DNA from: Candidatus Moraniibacteriota bacterium
GTDB lineage: Bacteria > Patescibacteriota > Minisyncoccia > Moranbacterales > UBA1568
DNA length: 64,000 nucleotides
Assembly: GCA_013336285.1 (NCBI GenBank)
Contig: JAAXTX010000003.1
Coordinates: 3,448 to 67,447, forward strand
Direction of reading: 5' to 3'
Positions 19,758 through 29,127 of this stretch are shown here, one piece after another. Position 1 is the first letter of the stretch; the number at the start of each line of letters is the position of its first letter. Position numbers and translations under genes: made by a program. Below the pieces are notes generated by a model, which made no database searches, was not told the origin of the DNA, and saw only the letters and a list, made by a program, of their open reading frames with translations.

Positions 19758-20699
19758 CTACGAATTGATTATCTCCCTGATTGAGTAGTTCATCCTCCCG
19801 CGCTGTCTGTAATACACCTTCACTGAAATATCCACCAGGATGCCGAAAACGAACAATTGGACACCGACCAAGATGAGCAACGTTCCGACCAGGGGCCAGA
19901 TACGATCGGATAGCGATGCGCCGAAAAAAGCCTTGTCCACGAACATCCAGATCAGGATGACCGAACCGAGGAAAACGGAAATCAATCCGGTCCCACCGAA
20001 AAGATGCAGCGATCTATAAGAATATTTCCGCCAGTACCAGAGAAAGACCATATCGACGAAGCCTTTCACGCCTCGCTTCCAGTTATATTTCGTCTTGCCA
20101 TGTACCCGAGCATGATGCGAGACCTTCACTTCAGTCACCCGGAATCCGTCAAGTTGCAACATGGCCGGAATGAACCGATGCATCTCCCCAAAGAGATCAA
20201 CTCCTTCGAAACATTCGCGCCTATACGCCTTAAGGCTGCACCCCGAATCATGGATACCGTCCTTGATGAGAAAACCGCGCAAAAGATTCGCCGTTCTGGA
20301 AAAGATTTTCTTCGCGAGAGAATCCTTTCTCTTGTGTCTCCACCCGGAAACGATATCGTATCCTTCTTCGATCTTCGCGAGAAGAAGCGGGAAGTCCGCC
20401 GGATCATTCTGAAGATCGCCGTCCATCGTAATGATGACACTCCCCTTTGCCGCCTTGATACCGGCATCGAACGCGGCAGTCTGACCGAAATTACGACGGA
20501 AACGGACCAGTCGAAGCGGCAGAAGCCCCGTGCAATCCTTCAGCGTTCCGTCCGTAGAGCCGTCATCCACAAAAATGATCTCGTATGGTTTCCCGATATT
20601 CTCAAGCGACTCCTTCACCTTCTTATGCAGATCACCAACATTTCCTTCCTCATTATAAAGCGGCACAACAACGGACAAATATGGTTTCTCTCCGTCCAT
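19758..20699 (-). CDS. GT2 polyprenyl-phosphate glycosyltransferase (ArnC/GtrB-like)
   Basis: VVPLYNE, VDDGS, RNFGQTAA, MDGDLQNDP; two C-terminal TMs. Confidence 0.92.
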   Translation of the reverse strand: MDGEKPYLSVVVPLYNEEGNVGDLHKKVKESLENIGKPYEIIFVDDGSTDGTLKDCTGLLPLRLVRFRRNFGQTAAFDAGIKAAKGSVIITMDGDLQNDPADFPLLLAKIEEGYDIVSGWRHKRKDSLAKKIFSRTANLLRGFLIKDGIHDSGCSLKAYRRECFEGVDLFGEMHRFIPAMLQLDGFRVTEVKVSHHARVHGKTKYNWKRGVKGFVDMVFLWYWRKYSYRSLHLFGGTGLISVFLGSVILIWMFVDKAFFGASLSDRIWPLVGTLLILVGVQLFVFGILVDISVKVYYRQRGRMNYSIREIINS

Positions 20700-20805
20700 A
20701 GAATAATCAAGAATGATTTATCCCCATATTAAACTATTTTTCTACCGTTTGCAAACGGATTTCGAACGAAAAAAGCCCATCGTAGGGCCTTATTCGTAGT
20801 ATTTC

Positions 20806-21531
20806 TTAACGATTTCTCCGAAACAGCATGATTGAGATTATAAGGATGACCAGAGCACCGATGGATCCGAAAACGATGACGAGTATTCTGCTGTTTTCCG
20901 ATTTTGCCACTGTTATCTGTGTCGACTGGTCCGAATCAATCGTCTGGGTCGGCATACCGACCGGTGGCTCGTATTCCCGGAGAAGCTCAGCGCCTGTCTG
21001 CGGATCCCGTATCAATCCGTTGTTCTGATCAAGAAGCTGCTGTGTGGACAGACTATACTTTACGTTTCCCGAAGCACAGTCAGTAAGACACGTGCCCATA
21101 TTCTCTCCCTTTTCGAACTCACAGATCCCGTTCGCGTTACATTTCACGAATTCCGCCAGATTCCCTTCAAGAAGAACCTCCCCGGTCTTGACTAAGGTCA
21201 CCTGGAAGCGATTCACGATACTGAAATATGGAACCTTGAACGGAAATTTTCCCTGTGGCATATTGAAATTCGTCGATACCGCTTTCGCCCCGCTCACATC
21301 GAACAGATCCAGACTATACGGACCGGCATGGGTCGCTCTCGAAAAATCAAAAATGGAAAAAGCGGGGTCGTCCGTCTTCGCAACAGGCTCGGTCGTAGAC
21401 GTATCAAGCATGATCCTGTCCCCCGCCCGTTCAAGATGAAAAACCCAGACCTCCTCGGCTGAAGCCTCAGAAATCGGCATCAGAGCCAAGGTGAACAACG
21501 ACATTACAAGCAGACCGAAACTGTATTTCAT
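20806..21531 (-). CDS. Secreted, C-terminally anchored surface protein with Cys motif
   Basis: Signal peptide (..ASA), CNANGICE..E..CLTDC, C-terminal TM plus RRNR. Confidence 0.8.
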   Translation of the reverse strand: MKYSFGLLVMSLFTLALMPISEASAEEVWVFHLERAGDRIMLDTSTTEPVAKTDDPAFSIFDFSRATHAGPYSLDLFDVSGAKAVSTNFNMPQGKFPFKVPYFSIVNRFQVTLVKTGEVLLEGNLAEFVKCNANGICEFEKGENMGTCLTDCASGNVKYSLSTQQLLDQNNGLIRDPQTGAELLREYEPPVGMPTQTIDSDQSTQITVAKSENSRILVIVFGSIGALVILIISIMLFRRNR

Positions 21532-21544
21532 ACGGATGCCATTA

Positions 21545-22675
21545 CTATTTGCAATTGTTATAATACGTCTCCACGCGACCGCAATAATCCCGCGTCGTCG
21601 TCGCGCACCTGTTTGGCCCCCCTGCGTTCCAACAAGAAGCCACCTTTCGTATGTCGTTAAGCGAACAACCGTGCTTGGCGTTATCGTTCAAGAGCCACGC
21701 CGTACAGTTCATGTCGAGCGTGATGTCGCCCTGAATCTTTGCACACGTCTGGGCTGCGGTTCCGGTTATTCCGCACTTCGTACGATTTTCCGGCAATAGC
21801 TGACCATACCCGCAGGAACCGTGTCCATCAGTCGAAATGGATTTATTACAACCCTCACCTCCCTGAATAATGGATGTGATAATATTCGCGCTGATATGAT
21901 ACGTGTTGCTGCTAATAGCATTCGCTATGGTCGGATCCGTAGCACACCTTCCGGTCGTACAAGTTCCGGCTCCACCGACAGTCGCGAACGTGTACGGTGC
22001 GTCGGTATTCGCATCGGTGAATGGCGTCGTCGTCGTAAGCGACGTATCCGAAGCTATCGAAGCGATAGTGGCTGACTGCCCGTTTATGATGATCGTATCA
22101 CCGACTTTCAACGTCGACCGGAAAGTAGTCCCCGTCCCGGTCACCGTAGTTCCGCCCGCGACATTCGTAACCGTACCGTTTCCGACCTGCGCCACCTGTG
22201 CCCCGGTCCCCTGAACAGCCGTACCCGCCGAAGAAGTCGTATCACACTCTATTTGAAAGCCGTGTTGGATACTGAACGACGCGCTCACGCCGAGATCGGT
22301 CTTCGTCGGCAGCAGCCAGTAAATGATAAGATTGACGATCAACCAGGCGAACAGGACTATAGTGATTCCGGACAATGCGGCCCAGAGCCCCTTCTTTGCG
22401 GTCCCGATCAAGCCCTCGTTTCCGGATGAAACGATGTATAGCACGCCCATTGCCGTAATGATGGAAAGGGCGAGAAATACCATGACCGCCATGAAGTAGT
22501 CGATGATATTCTTGATGCCGACGAAGAAATGACACAGCGTACACGGGTTCTCCATGGGACCGCCGCACGGCACAAGTCCTGCAGCTTGGACGGAATGCGG
22601 AAGAAGAGAAAGAGCGAGAAGCGCGAGAGTGACACTGAATACCATCACGAACCAGAACGATTTCGGTCTGATCAT
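21545..22675 (-). CDS. CPR-type pilin fused to a beta-rich domain and a lytic-transglycosylase-like domain
   Basis: VQAAGLVPCG..PCTLCHFF pilin start, two TMs around GxxYIVSSGNEGLIGTAK; C-terminal SLT-like motifs IIQGGE, GYGQL, CWNAG, TRDYCGRV. Confidence 0.75.
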   Translation of the reverse strand: MIRPKSFWFVMVFSVTLALLALSLLPHSVQAAGLVPCGGPMENPCTLCHFFVGIKNIIDYFMAVMVFLALSIITAMGVLYIVSSGNEGLIGTAKKGLWAALSGITIVLFAWLIVNLIIYWLLPTKTDLGVSASFSIQHGFQIECDTTSSAGTAVQGTGAQVAQVGNGTVTNVAGGTTVTGTGTTFRSTLKVGDTIIINGQSATIASIASDTSLTTTTPFTDANTDAPYTFATVGGAGTCTTGRCATDPTIANAISSNTYHISANIITSIIQGGEGCNKSISTDGHGSCGYGQLLPENRTKCGITGTAAQTCAKIQGDITLDMNCTAWLLNDNAKHGCSLNDIRKVASCWNAGGPNRCATTTRDYCGRVETYYNNCK

Positions 22676-22875
22676 ATTGCTATGGAAATACCGGTTTTTT
22701 TCTCGTCCCCTCATCGGGAAACGATACGTGTAAGAATTCCACTATCGATTTTCATCATTATATCACGATAAACGTTCCTTTGAAAATCCGCGTTTTACAA
22801 TCAGGTACTTTCGACATCGATCCGCTGAACACCGACAGTATCGTCTCTATTCATTTCGCGAAAACCCGTACGATT

Positions 22876-23835
22876 TCAGGTGCGATCATAATGGCGATAC
22901 CAATCCACGAAACGAGCTACGCCCTCGTCGATATTCGTGCAGGGAGTCCAACCGAGCGCGCGAAGCTTCGAGATGTCCGCGACCGTACGGCTCACGTCGC
23001 CAGACTGCATCGGAAGCATCCGTTTTTCGGCGGTTTTTTCGGCATACTTTTCCACCGCCGCAATATAATCCGAAAGTGCCTCGTCCCGGTCACCACCGAT
23101 GTTCATGACACTTCCTGGCGGCAGATCGGCATCAAGCGTTACGAGTATCCCGGATACTATGTCGTCGATATAGGTAAAGTTTCGACGCATATCCCCACCG
23201 TTATAGACATCGATCGGTTTGCCGTCAATAATGTTCGCCACGAACTTGAACACGCCCATATCGGGCCTTCCCCATGGTCCATAGACGGTAAAAAACCGTA
23301 GTCCGGTCGTCTTCATGCCGTATACATGTCCGTAAACATGGGCAAGAAGTTCGGTAGATTTTTTCGTCGCCGCATAGACAGATACCGGATGATCGACCGG
23401 GTCCGACTCCGAAAACGGTACTTTGGCGTTCTCTCCGTAGACGGACGACGACGAGGCGTATACAAAATGATTCGTCCCGAACTTCCTGGCACATTCGAGC
23501 ATATTAAGCGTACCCATCACGTTCACGTCGGCATAGAGTTCAGGCCGCTCGAGCGAATACCGCACTCCCGCCATCGCGGCCAAATGGATAATCCTTTCCG
23601 GTTGTTCTTTCTCGAAAACGGAATCAAGAAACGCACGGTCGCGGACATCGCCTTCATACAAACGAAACTTCCCCTCGTATCCACGCAGGAACACCGAAAT
23701 ACGGTCACGCTTCAGTTTCGGGTCGTAATAATCGTTGAAATTGTCGATGAGTATCGGGGTATCGCCACCATCCATCAAAGCCTTGGCCACGGCCGATCCG
23801 ATAAACCCCGCCCCGCCGGTAACGAGAATGGTCAT
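22876..23835 (-). CDS. NAD-dependent epimerase (UDP-glucuronate 4-epimerase-like)
   Basis: TGGAGFIG, HLAAMAGVRYS, ASSSSVYG, YAATK, FFTVYGPWGRPDM. Confidence 0.92.
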   Translation of the reverse strand: MTILVTGGAGFIGSAVAKALMDGGDTPILIDNFNDYYDPKLKRDRISVFLRGYEGKFRLYEGDVRDRAFLDSVFEKEQPERIIHLAAMAGVRYSLERPELYADVNVMGTLNMLECARKFGTNHFVYASSSSVYGENAKVPFSESDPVDHPVSVYAATKKSTELLAHVYGHVYGMKTTGLRFFTVYGPWGRPDMGVFKFVANIIDGKPIDVYNGGDMRRNFTYIDDIVSGILVTLDADLPPGSVMNIGGDRDEALSDYIAAVEKYAEKTAEKRMLPMQSGDVSRTVADISKLRALGWTPCTNIDEGVARFVDWYRHYDRT

Positions 23836-24044
23836 ATTGATTTCAGATTATCGTTTTTTCCCAATACGTCGCTTTTCAATTTTACAATTTCTTCCGCCGA
23901 CTCATATATCCGGCCCGTTTCAATTTTGTAGAGGAGCGGAATAACACCGCATTTCAAGCATTCGCCCCAATTGCATTTTCCACCGTTCTTCTTACTGCGC
24001 TTTCGACAAATCGATATCTCCCGTTCGAACATCCCTTTTTCCAT
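23832..24044 (-). CDS. Small Cys-containing hypothetical protein (70 aa)
   Basis: C-x10-CNWGECLKC; sits in the operon and overlaps the epimerase start by 4 nt. Confidence 0.6.
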   Translation of the reverse strand: MEKGMFEREISICRKRSKKNGGKCNWGECLKCGVIPLLYKIETGRIYESAEEIVKLKSDVLGKNDNLKSI

Positions 24045-24048
24045 AACA

Positions 24049-25281
24049 TCATTCCTTCGGATGAATCGAGCCGCCCTTGACCTCTCCTGATACCCGACCG
24101 ATCGATTCCTTAAGATATTCCACGTATTCCCCGTCATCCGCATTAGTCGTCACGTATCTGACCAGCACCGTTTTTCGAGCCTGTTCACCGATGATTCGAC
24201 GAAGATCAAAGTCGGTTATGAGTCGTTCAAGTTTTTCCTTCCACTCAATTTCGTTCGCAGCGACGAATCCGTCCACCCCTTCTCGGATCGCCTCACGGAA
24301 GGTCCTCGTGCCGGCAGCGACCGTCGGCACACCCAGGATGCCCGCCTCGAAGAATTTCAACTCGGATTTACCTTCGCAAAAAGGATTCCCTATTTCCAAT
24401 GGCGCAATATTGATATCGACCGATGCGATATTCCCGAAATGCTTTTTCCGTTCGACATAGTGCATTCGGTCGATTCGGTCCGAAAAAGCCCCGAACATAT
24501 CATCAAGCACAAGCGGTCCAACGATCAGAAGCCGCAGATTCGCATGTTTTTCGAAAAGTTCGATCAGCACACCCGTTACGGTCGAAAAGTCCTTGTCATG
24601 TCCGGCTGTGCCGCTGAAATAACCGATCGTTATGACATCATCCGTTCTCGAGTTCATCCATTCCTGTCGTTTATGATAGAGTTCATCGGCGATCGCGACG
24701 TCAGAAACTGGCAATCGGTTCGGAACCACGAACACTTTCTTTTCCTTTTCGCGCAATTTTTCCGCAAGAAACGAGGTCGATGTCGTCGCGACTTGCACGT
24801 ATGGATCGGCCAGGATTTCTCCCCCGACCCCGTTCTCGTACAGTTTTCGCTCGAGCGGATTCATGACCCGCCAATAGTCCATGTGCACTAAAAATGCCGG
24901 GTCATACACGAGATCGTCGGTCTCGAATATGATTGTCTTTCCCATTCGCTTGATTTCCTGAACCAATTTCGAGACGGATGAGGTATAGAGTACCCGATGA
25001 AAGATGAACACCGCGAAATTGTCCGCGTATGAAACAAGACGAGGATTTTCCGGTGCCGTTATGGAAGAACTGATGCCGCGAAAACCGAGTTCTTCAGCAA
25101 CGAATTTGGTCCTGAAATGAGCACTATCCCCAACCCCGCCGGAAATAAACAGAACATCGGCCGGATGCACGCGCGTAAAGAGCTCGAGTCCCGCGGAAAT
25201 AATCCGTTTCATGCCATCTATGACTCCTTCATTCCGAAGTACGCGCCAAGCCTTACCGATCTTTATGAGGATTAGTTTCAT
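24049..25281 (-). CDS. GT-B glycosyltransferase
   Basis: FETDDL, IGYFSG..HDKDF, DINIAPL..NPFCEGKSELKFFEA. Confidence 0.88.
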   Translation of the reverse strand: MKLILIKIGKAWRVLRNEGVIDGMKRIISAGLELFTRVHPADVLFISGGVGDSAHFRTKFVAEELGFRGISSSITAPENPRLVSYADNFAVFIFHRVLYTSSVSKLVQEIKRMGKTIIFETDDLVYDPAFLVHMDYWRVMNPLERKLYENGVGGEILADPYVQVATTSTSFLAEKLREKEKKVFVVPNRLPVSDVAIADELYHKRQEWMNSRTDDVITIGYFSGTAGHDKDFSTVTGVLIELFEKHANLRLLIVGPLVLDDMFGAFSDRIDRMHYVERKKHFGNIASVDINIAPLEIGNPFCEGKSELKFFEAGILGVPTVAAGTRTFREAIREGVDGFVAANEIEWKEKLERLITDFDLRRIIGEQARKTVLVRYVTTNADDGEYVEYLKESIGRVSGEVKGGSIHPKE

Positions 25282-26495
25282 ACGCGTCTCTTCAAGATAT
25301 CCCGATATATCACCTCGATCTTCTCACCCGTTTCATCCCAAGTGAATCCATCCGCAAGAAGACGGTTTGCCTGCCCGATATCGTGCCATGACCCGGGTTT
25401 TTCGACAAGTAAAATGATCGCTTCGGCAAGCGACTCCGCAGTGCCATCTGTAGCGTACGCGCCGCCGTCACCCAGATATTTCCTATTATTCGGGGTATCG
25501 AAACAAACGACCGGAAGACCGGCTCCCATATACTGGAGCATTTTTCCGCTCGCCTGACCCGTATCGTCGTGTTTAGGATCGACCGCGATATCGCTCGCGC
25601 CGAGAATTTCCCCGATGGAGAAATACGGCAAGGGACTCACGACCGTCACGCGTTCTGTGACACCGTATCTTGAAAGAAGCGGATCGAGCAGGTCCCTCGG
25701 GAATCCGGCCAGAATGAAATGCGTGGACGAATCGGAACGAAGTACGGTCGGAATCGCAGCAACAAGCGTCTCAACCCCCTTATTCGGTATAAATGCCCCC
25801 GTATATACTATGACAGTCGCTTCACGTGGAATCAGATTGGCGATCCTGACCCGCTCGCGGGCATCCGCGGATAGAGGCGCCAACTTCCGCGCGCCGTCGA
25901 GTACCGTCTCGACACGTCCCTTTTTCCGTATCGAGGAAATCTCTTCGGCATTAGTCCAGGAACTCGCTACGGCCACATCGCCGAGATTATCCAACCATGC
26001 CTCAACCGACCTGAAAATAGCGCGAAGAAAACCGCCCCGAAGATACTCGTGCGAGACCATTTCACGTGTCAGACTTCCGTGAAAATCCGCCACCAATTTC
26101 GGACGTTGACCATTCAACCGAAGAAGCAACGTCGCTACCCAGGCGATCGCGACGCCCTCATGAATATGGGCATGAATGATATCCGGACGAAATTTTCTCG
26201 AAAGCGTGTAGGTCTTCCTGATCAGGAGTACGTCGAGCACAAGCTTCTGCCAATCCGGTCCGGCTTCGAGTTTTCTATACCAGAAAAGCAGTCGGCGGAT
26301 ACGCCTCACCTCGATACCGGGATTCTCCCGTTCCGGGATATCGTTCCCGATATGATATGTCGCGATCTTCACTTCATGGCCGCGACGAACGAGTGCCCGA
26401 GCCTCCTCGAGAATACGCACATGCGTTCCCCGATCGGCGAAGAACGGGGTAGGTGCCACCATGAGTATCTTCAATCGACTATTCGTTTCCATCAT
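25278..26495 (-). CDS. GT4 glycosyltransferase
   Basis: APTPFFADRG, IIHAH, YTG..NKGVE, KMLQYMGAGLPVV. Confidence 0.9.
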   Translation of the reverse strand: MMETNSRLKILMVAPTPFFADRGTHVRILEEARALVRRGHEVKIATYHIGNDIPERENPGIEVRRIRRLLFWYRKLEAGPDWQKLVLDVLLIRKTYTLSRKFRPDIIHAHIHEGVAIAWVATLLLRLNGQRPKLVADFHGSLTREMVSHEYLRGGFLRAIFRSVEAWLDNLGDVAVASSWTNAEEISSIRKKGRVETVLDGARKLAPLSADARERVRIANLIPREATVIVYTGAFIPNKGVETLVAAIPTVLRSDSSTHFILAGFPRDLLDPLLSRYGVTERVTVVSPLPYFSIGEILGASDIAVDPKHDDTGQASGKMLQYMGAGLPVVCFDTPNNRKYLGDGGAYATDGTAESLAEAIILLVEKPGSWHDIGQANRLLADGFTWDETGEKIEVIYRDILKRRV

Positions 26496-26534
26496 TACGG
26501 CGTTCGGTCAGAGGGTTATCCCTTGCCTTCCAGC

Positions 26535-28994
26535 TTACGCGAGGTCGGCTTCGGCAATCGTCACACTCCCCCCTTCGATCACTTCACCGGCAATCACTTT
26601 CCTGACGATCACATCCTCTATATGATCCTCGATATACCGGTTGAGGGATCTTGCGCCGAACACCGGTTCGTATCCCTGTCGGACGATGGCGGCGGCGACT
26701 CCCTCCGTGAAGGCGACCGAGATGTTCTTCTGTTTCTTGATGCGGTCCGAGAGACTCGTGAGCTTGATCTGAACCACCTGTGAAAGTTCCCCTCCGAGAA
26801 GCGGAGCGAAACAGACGATGCCGTCGAAACGGTTCAGGAATTCCGTACGGAACGTACCCTTCTGTTCTATGTCCGTCAAAAGTTTCTTCCGGAGATCGTC
26901 CTGCGTGATACCTGCGGAAACGAGTTCGGCGATGAGTCCGGAACTCGCGTTCGAGGTCGCGATGATTATTGACTTCCGGAAATTTATCTTCTTTCCGAAC
27001 GCATCGGTCACGAAGCCTTCGTCAAGAATCTGAAGGAAGATGTCGAGCACTTTCGGATATGCCTTCTCGATTTCGTCGAGCAACAGTACCGAGAACGGAT
27101 GTTCCTTCATAACGCCGGACAGGCGTCCCTCCTCGCCGGTAACATTCGATCCGAGCATGCGATCAGCGGCATCCGATGATTGGAATTCGCTCATATCGAG
27201 ACGGACCATACGGTTCTCGTCACCAAAATACGCCTCAGCGAGCGCCTTGGCCGTCTCGGTCTTTCCGACACCGGTCGGTCCAAGAAAGAGAAACGAACCC
27301 AGCGGTCGATTCGGATTGCCGAACCCGGCCCTGGCACGCCGGAGCGCTTCGGCGACCTGCCTGACCGCTTCGTCCTGACCCACGACGCGCAAATGGAGTA
27401 TTTCCTCGAGCTTAAGAAGTCTCTCTTTCTCGCTCTCACCGAGCGCGCCGATCGGCACACCGGTCTTCAGCGAGACAAACGCCATGACGGTCCGCGGCGT
27501 TACGTATGGTCCGTCCGGCTCAACCTGCCAATTCTGCATCGTTTCCTGCGCAAGGTCGATCGCTTTTTCCGGATACGGAATATCCCATTCGTACTGTCCG
27601 GAAATTTCGACGATCGACTGGAGCGCTTTCCAGGAAAAAATCACGCGATTCCGTTCCTCCGGAGCGAAAACGTTGAGCAGGATACGGGCCGTGTCCTCCG
27701 GTCCGGGCTCACGGAGATAGACCGCTTCGAGAAACTTCAACGTCGGCTCGTCATCATGGGCGAGGGCGTTGTATCCGGACGCGCTCATCATGCCGATAAC
27801 CCGGAATGACGGTAAAGCGAGAAATTCCGTAAAGGCACTGGAAAGGTCGATCCGACCGCTCTTCCCGTTCAGGAAAGAATCAAGGTTTTCAATCACGAGT
27901 ACGACATTCCCAGCGTTGGCAGCCTCATAAAAAAGAGAGCGGATGAAATTTTCGGGATCCTCACCACGATTCCCCGCATCACCGACCGCTATGCTCAAAT
28001 CGAAAGAGAGGAATCTCAGCTGTTCGAATCCCGGAAGATCACCCTCGCGAATTTTTCTGGCCAATGCGTGCACGAACGTCTTCTTGCCTATACCAGCGTC
28101 ACCTACCAACACGAAACTGTTCTGACCAGGCCTACCGAGCAAAAGAGTCGTAACTCGGAGCTCGTCATCGCGACCGAACAGGTGTAATTTCGAATATTCC
28201 GAGAAATCCGCTTTCGAGATGTCAGTGGCGTATCTGTCGAGATGCACCGTGAAGCCGAACTGCCATCCGCGACCGAACGGGACGGTCTTCCGAAGATTCT
28301 CCCAGGAGAGCAATTGCAGACGTTTCGCGGCACGTTCAGCCGCGAACGCCTCATAGGTTACGATGTCGTCGAAATCCTTGTCACTCATGTTAAGATCCGC
28401 GAGACGATCACGAAACGCCTCATCGCTCGTCCAATCCGAGGCGCGAAAGTCCTGCACAGCGATTCCCAGACGTCCAAGCACCCGTGGAAACCACTTCATT
28501 CGAAACAGTTCGCCACGGGACCGGGGGAGAAACGATTTCGGTTGCCGCGAGGCGAACGAGACCAACTGCACAAGAAGCAGGACAAATGAAAACGCCAGAA
28601 AAAGCCATTCTCCACCTTTCATGTGCCCAAACGGCGATCTGACAAAAAACCAGAATAAGGCCGGGACCGTCACCAACCACCCGACCAGGAATCCGAATCC
28701 GAAAAGCGCGAGAAACGCGATGGATACCGATCCGAAAACAAGTACGAAACTTCGAACAATGACACCCATCACCCGCGAAAAGACATTCATTGCGAACCGG
28801 TTCAACGACTTTCCGATGTCGAGCCCCAACCAGTTCTTCGGGGAACTATCGCGTTTCCACGGCGAAAAAAAAGTGGGGACCAATTCTCGGAAATTGAAAA
28901 TGTGAAGGAAATATCTAAAGAGATTTTCCCACGACGAAACGAGTGAGAGGAAACCCTCCGAGTAAATCCAGATGAGAAAAGAAAACGGAAACAT
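26535..28994 (-). CDS. Membrane-anchored ClpA/ClpB-family AAA+ ATPase
   Basis: N-terminal TMs with FFSPWKR; NBD2 GPTGVGKT, RLDMSE, LLLDEIEKA, EFLNRFD, FGARSL; NBD1 degenerate. Confidence 0.9.
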   Translation of the reverse strand: MFPFSFLIWIYSEGFLSLVSSWENLFRYFLHIFNFRELVPTFFSPWKRDSSPKNWLGLDIGKSLNRFAMNVFSRVMGVIVRSFVLVFGSVSIAFLALFGFGFLVGWLVTVPALFWFFVRSPFGHMKGGEWLFLAFSFVLLLVQLVSFASRQPKSFLPRSRGELFRMKWFPRVLGRLGIAVQDFRASDWTSDEAFRDRLADLNMSDKDFDDIVTYEAFAAERAAKRLQLLSWENLRKTVPFGRGWQFGFTVHLDRYATDISKADFSEYSKLHLFGRDDELRVTTLLLGRPGQNSFVLVGDAGIGKKTFVHALARKIREGDLPGFEQLRFLSFDLSIAVGDAGNRGEDPENFIRSLFYEAANAGNVVLVIENLDSFLNGKSGRIDLSSAFTEFLALPSFRVIGMMSASGYNALAHDDEPTLKFLEAVYLREPGPEDTARILLNVFAPEERNRVIFSWKALQSIVEISGQYEWDIPYPEKAIDLAQETMQNWQVEPDGPYVTPRTVMAFVSLKTGVPIGALGESEKERLLKLEEILHLRVVGQDEAVRQVAEALRRARAGFGNPNRPLGSFLFLGPTGVGKTETAKALAEAYFGDENRMVRLDMSEFQSSDAADRMLGSNVTGEEGRLSGVMKEHPFSVLLLDEIEKAYPKVLDIFLQILDEGFVTDAFGKKINFRKSIIIATSNASSGLIAELVSAGITQDDLRKKLLTDIEQKGTFRTEFLNRFDGIVCFAPLLGGELSQVVQIKLTSLSDRIKKQKNISVAFTEGVAAAIVRQGYEPVFGARSLNRYIEDHIEDVIVRKVIAGEVIEGGSVTIAEADLA

Positions 28995-29127
28995 AGCTAT
29001 CCCTTACGATGTGCCGGACGCACATTGTTTCCCCTCCATTTTACCCGTGACTGTCTCCTTTTGCAAACCGGCTCAATCATGATGCTTCACATTGAAAAGA
29101 CGCCGCCTTTCGGCTATACTGGGAAAC

